Of a stretch of DNA of 34,661 nucleotides, positions 33,737 through 34,661 are shown piece by piece. Within the stretch, counting starts at the first letter, position 1; every line of letters begins with the position of its first letter. The notes under the pieces are model-generated. The model was given only the letters and a program-made list of their open reading frames with translations, made no database searches and had not been told where the DNA came from. Made by a program: the position numbers and the translations under genes. Source of the DNA: a virus (Duplodnaviria > Caudoviricetes); IMG/VR virus record IMGVR_UViG_3300050133_000059, positions 1-34,661 of that record; one strand, written 5' to 3'.

Positions 33737-34660
33737 TTACGAGCTGTAGTTCATGCTGATAATTTCGATCGCTTCAGGGCGCACGCCCCAGCCAGAGGTA
33801 GAACGCAACTCTGAAAGCACATCGATAGCACCACCGGCAATGGGCGTCGGAATTTCACGCGGAGCCGGCATATCGCAGAGCATCAAAGATGTAGCTTCCA
33901 GAGATGGCGACAGTTTGGCGAATTCGTTGGTATTCACTTTTGAATTCACTTCCGGACGCTTAACTTCTGGCATAACCAAAATCACGGCATCCGTACCGTT
34001 TGCGCCCGCGCCAATCAGCGTGTCGTCATAAGCCCACTCGATGGAGAAATTAGCATCCGCACCCACGCCGTTAACCATACCGGCAACAGATGACGTACCG
34101 GCGCCAGGGCGCTGATAACTGGTCAACTGCACAATTTTCTGAATCTCCATCGCGCCCAATGTGCGTTGTGGTCCCAGAATAACCATGTGCGTGGTTTCAC
34201 CCATCTGCATGCAACGCGTACGCGCCGCCTGAATGCGACCCAACAGGAAAATCGCGAGTTCGCCAGAATCGTAAGTCAGCACAGTGGTATTCCCGGTGCT
34301 GTCAGCTGGAAGCGTGGTGCTGGTTGCCCCGTTAGTGTTCAGTAAACCTTCACCGCCGGCAGGGTTCATGCCAAACAGCAGGGAACTGCGGAGTTGCTGA
34401 AAAATAGCCTGTCGGGTACCCAGACGTTGTGCTTCGGGAAGTGCAAAGCCCCAACCGCCCGCAGCGGACATATCGTGGTGATCATAAATGGCACGCGCGC
34501 GGTGCAAGTAGGTCGGCGTACTCATCATGCGAGCTTCCAGTGAAACGGACGGCAGCATGTTACCGTTCCCTGACTGACTGGCCGCTGACTGAGTGCGAAT
34601 ATCCAGACGTTTCAGATAAACATACTGATCACCGTCACCCAGTCGAACCAGCGGGTTACC
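33737..34660 (-). CDS. Major capsid protein, 5' end outside the window
   Basis: Frame is open to the right edge (GNPLVRLGDGDQYVYLKRLD...); LLFG...GLLN and G...RPEA C-terminus fit the HK97 fold; followed by a terminator. Confidence 0.75.
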   Translation of the reverse strand, partial: GNPLVRLGDGDQYVYLKRLDIRTQSAASQSGNGNMLPSVSLEARMMSTPTYLHRARAIYDHHDMSAAGGWGFALPEAQRLGTRQAIFQQLRSSLLFGMNPAGGEGLLNTNGATSTTLPADSTGNTTVLTYDSGELAIFLLGRIQAARTRCMQMGETTHMVILGPQRTLGAMEIQKIVQLTSYQRPGAGTSSVAGMVNGVGADANFSIEWAYDDTLIGAGANGTDAVILVMPEVKRPEVNSKVNTNEFAKLSPSLEATSLMLCDMPAPREIPTPIAGGAIDVLSELRSTSGWGVRPEAIEIISMNYSS

Positions 34661-34661
34661 G

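Overview
This window is about 34.7 kb of one temperate Enterobacterales phage. It has a lambdoid/Gifsy-like early region and a contractile-tail (myovirus-type) structural module. From left to right: (minus strand) a partial Ig-like protein gene, spanins, SAR endolysin, dual-start holin, phage-82-type Q, nin-like genes, a LexA-controlled small ORF, a large C5 DNA methyltransferase, accessory genes, replication genes with iterons, and YdaT/DicC; (plus strand) a DicA-type non-cleavable repressor, a structured early-left region, a RecE-N/Rad52-like fusion, Gp157, xis and int; then an intact attP whose core matches the sdsR/ryeB 3' end; then (minus strand) a second LexA-controlled ORF, an acyltransferase moron, tail fibre genes, a lipoprotein moron, baseplate, tape measure, tube, sheath, neck and a partial major capsid gene. 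Phage DNA on both sides of att indicates the excised or virion form, or a tandem junction. The most striking observation is an unannotated ~110-nt minus-strand sRNA gene (about 13102->12991) with its own sigma70 promoter and terminator. It carries CCAUUGGUCAUACCUCGCU, the complement of a repeated RBS/start motif (GAGGTATGACCAATG) placed in front of six other early genes, including xis, the recombinase and the heads of the replication and methylase gene chains. This suggests a multi-target antisense silencing circuit. All family assignments are by eye and from memory; no database searches were run.
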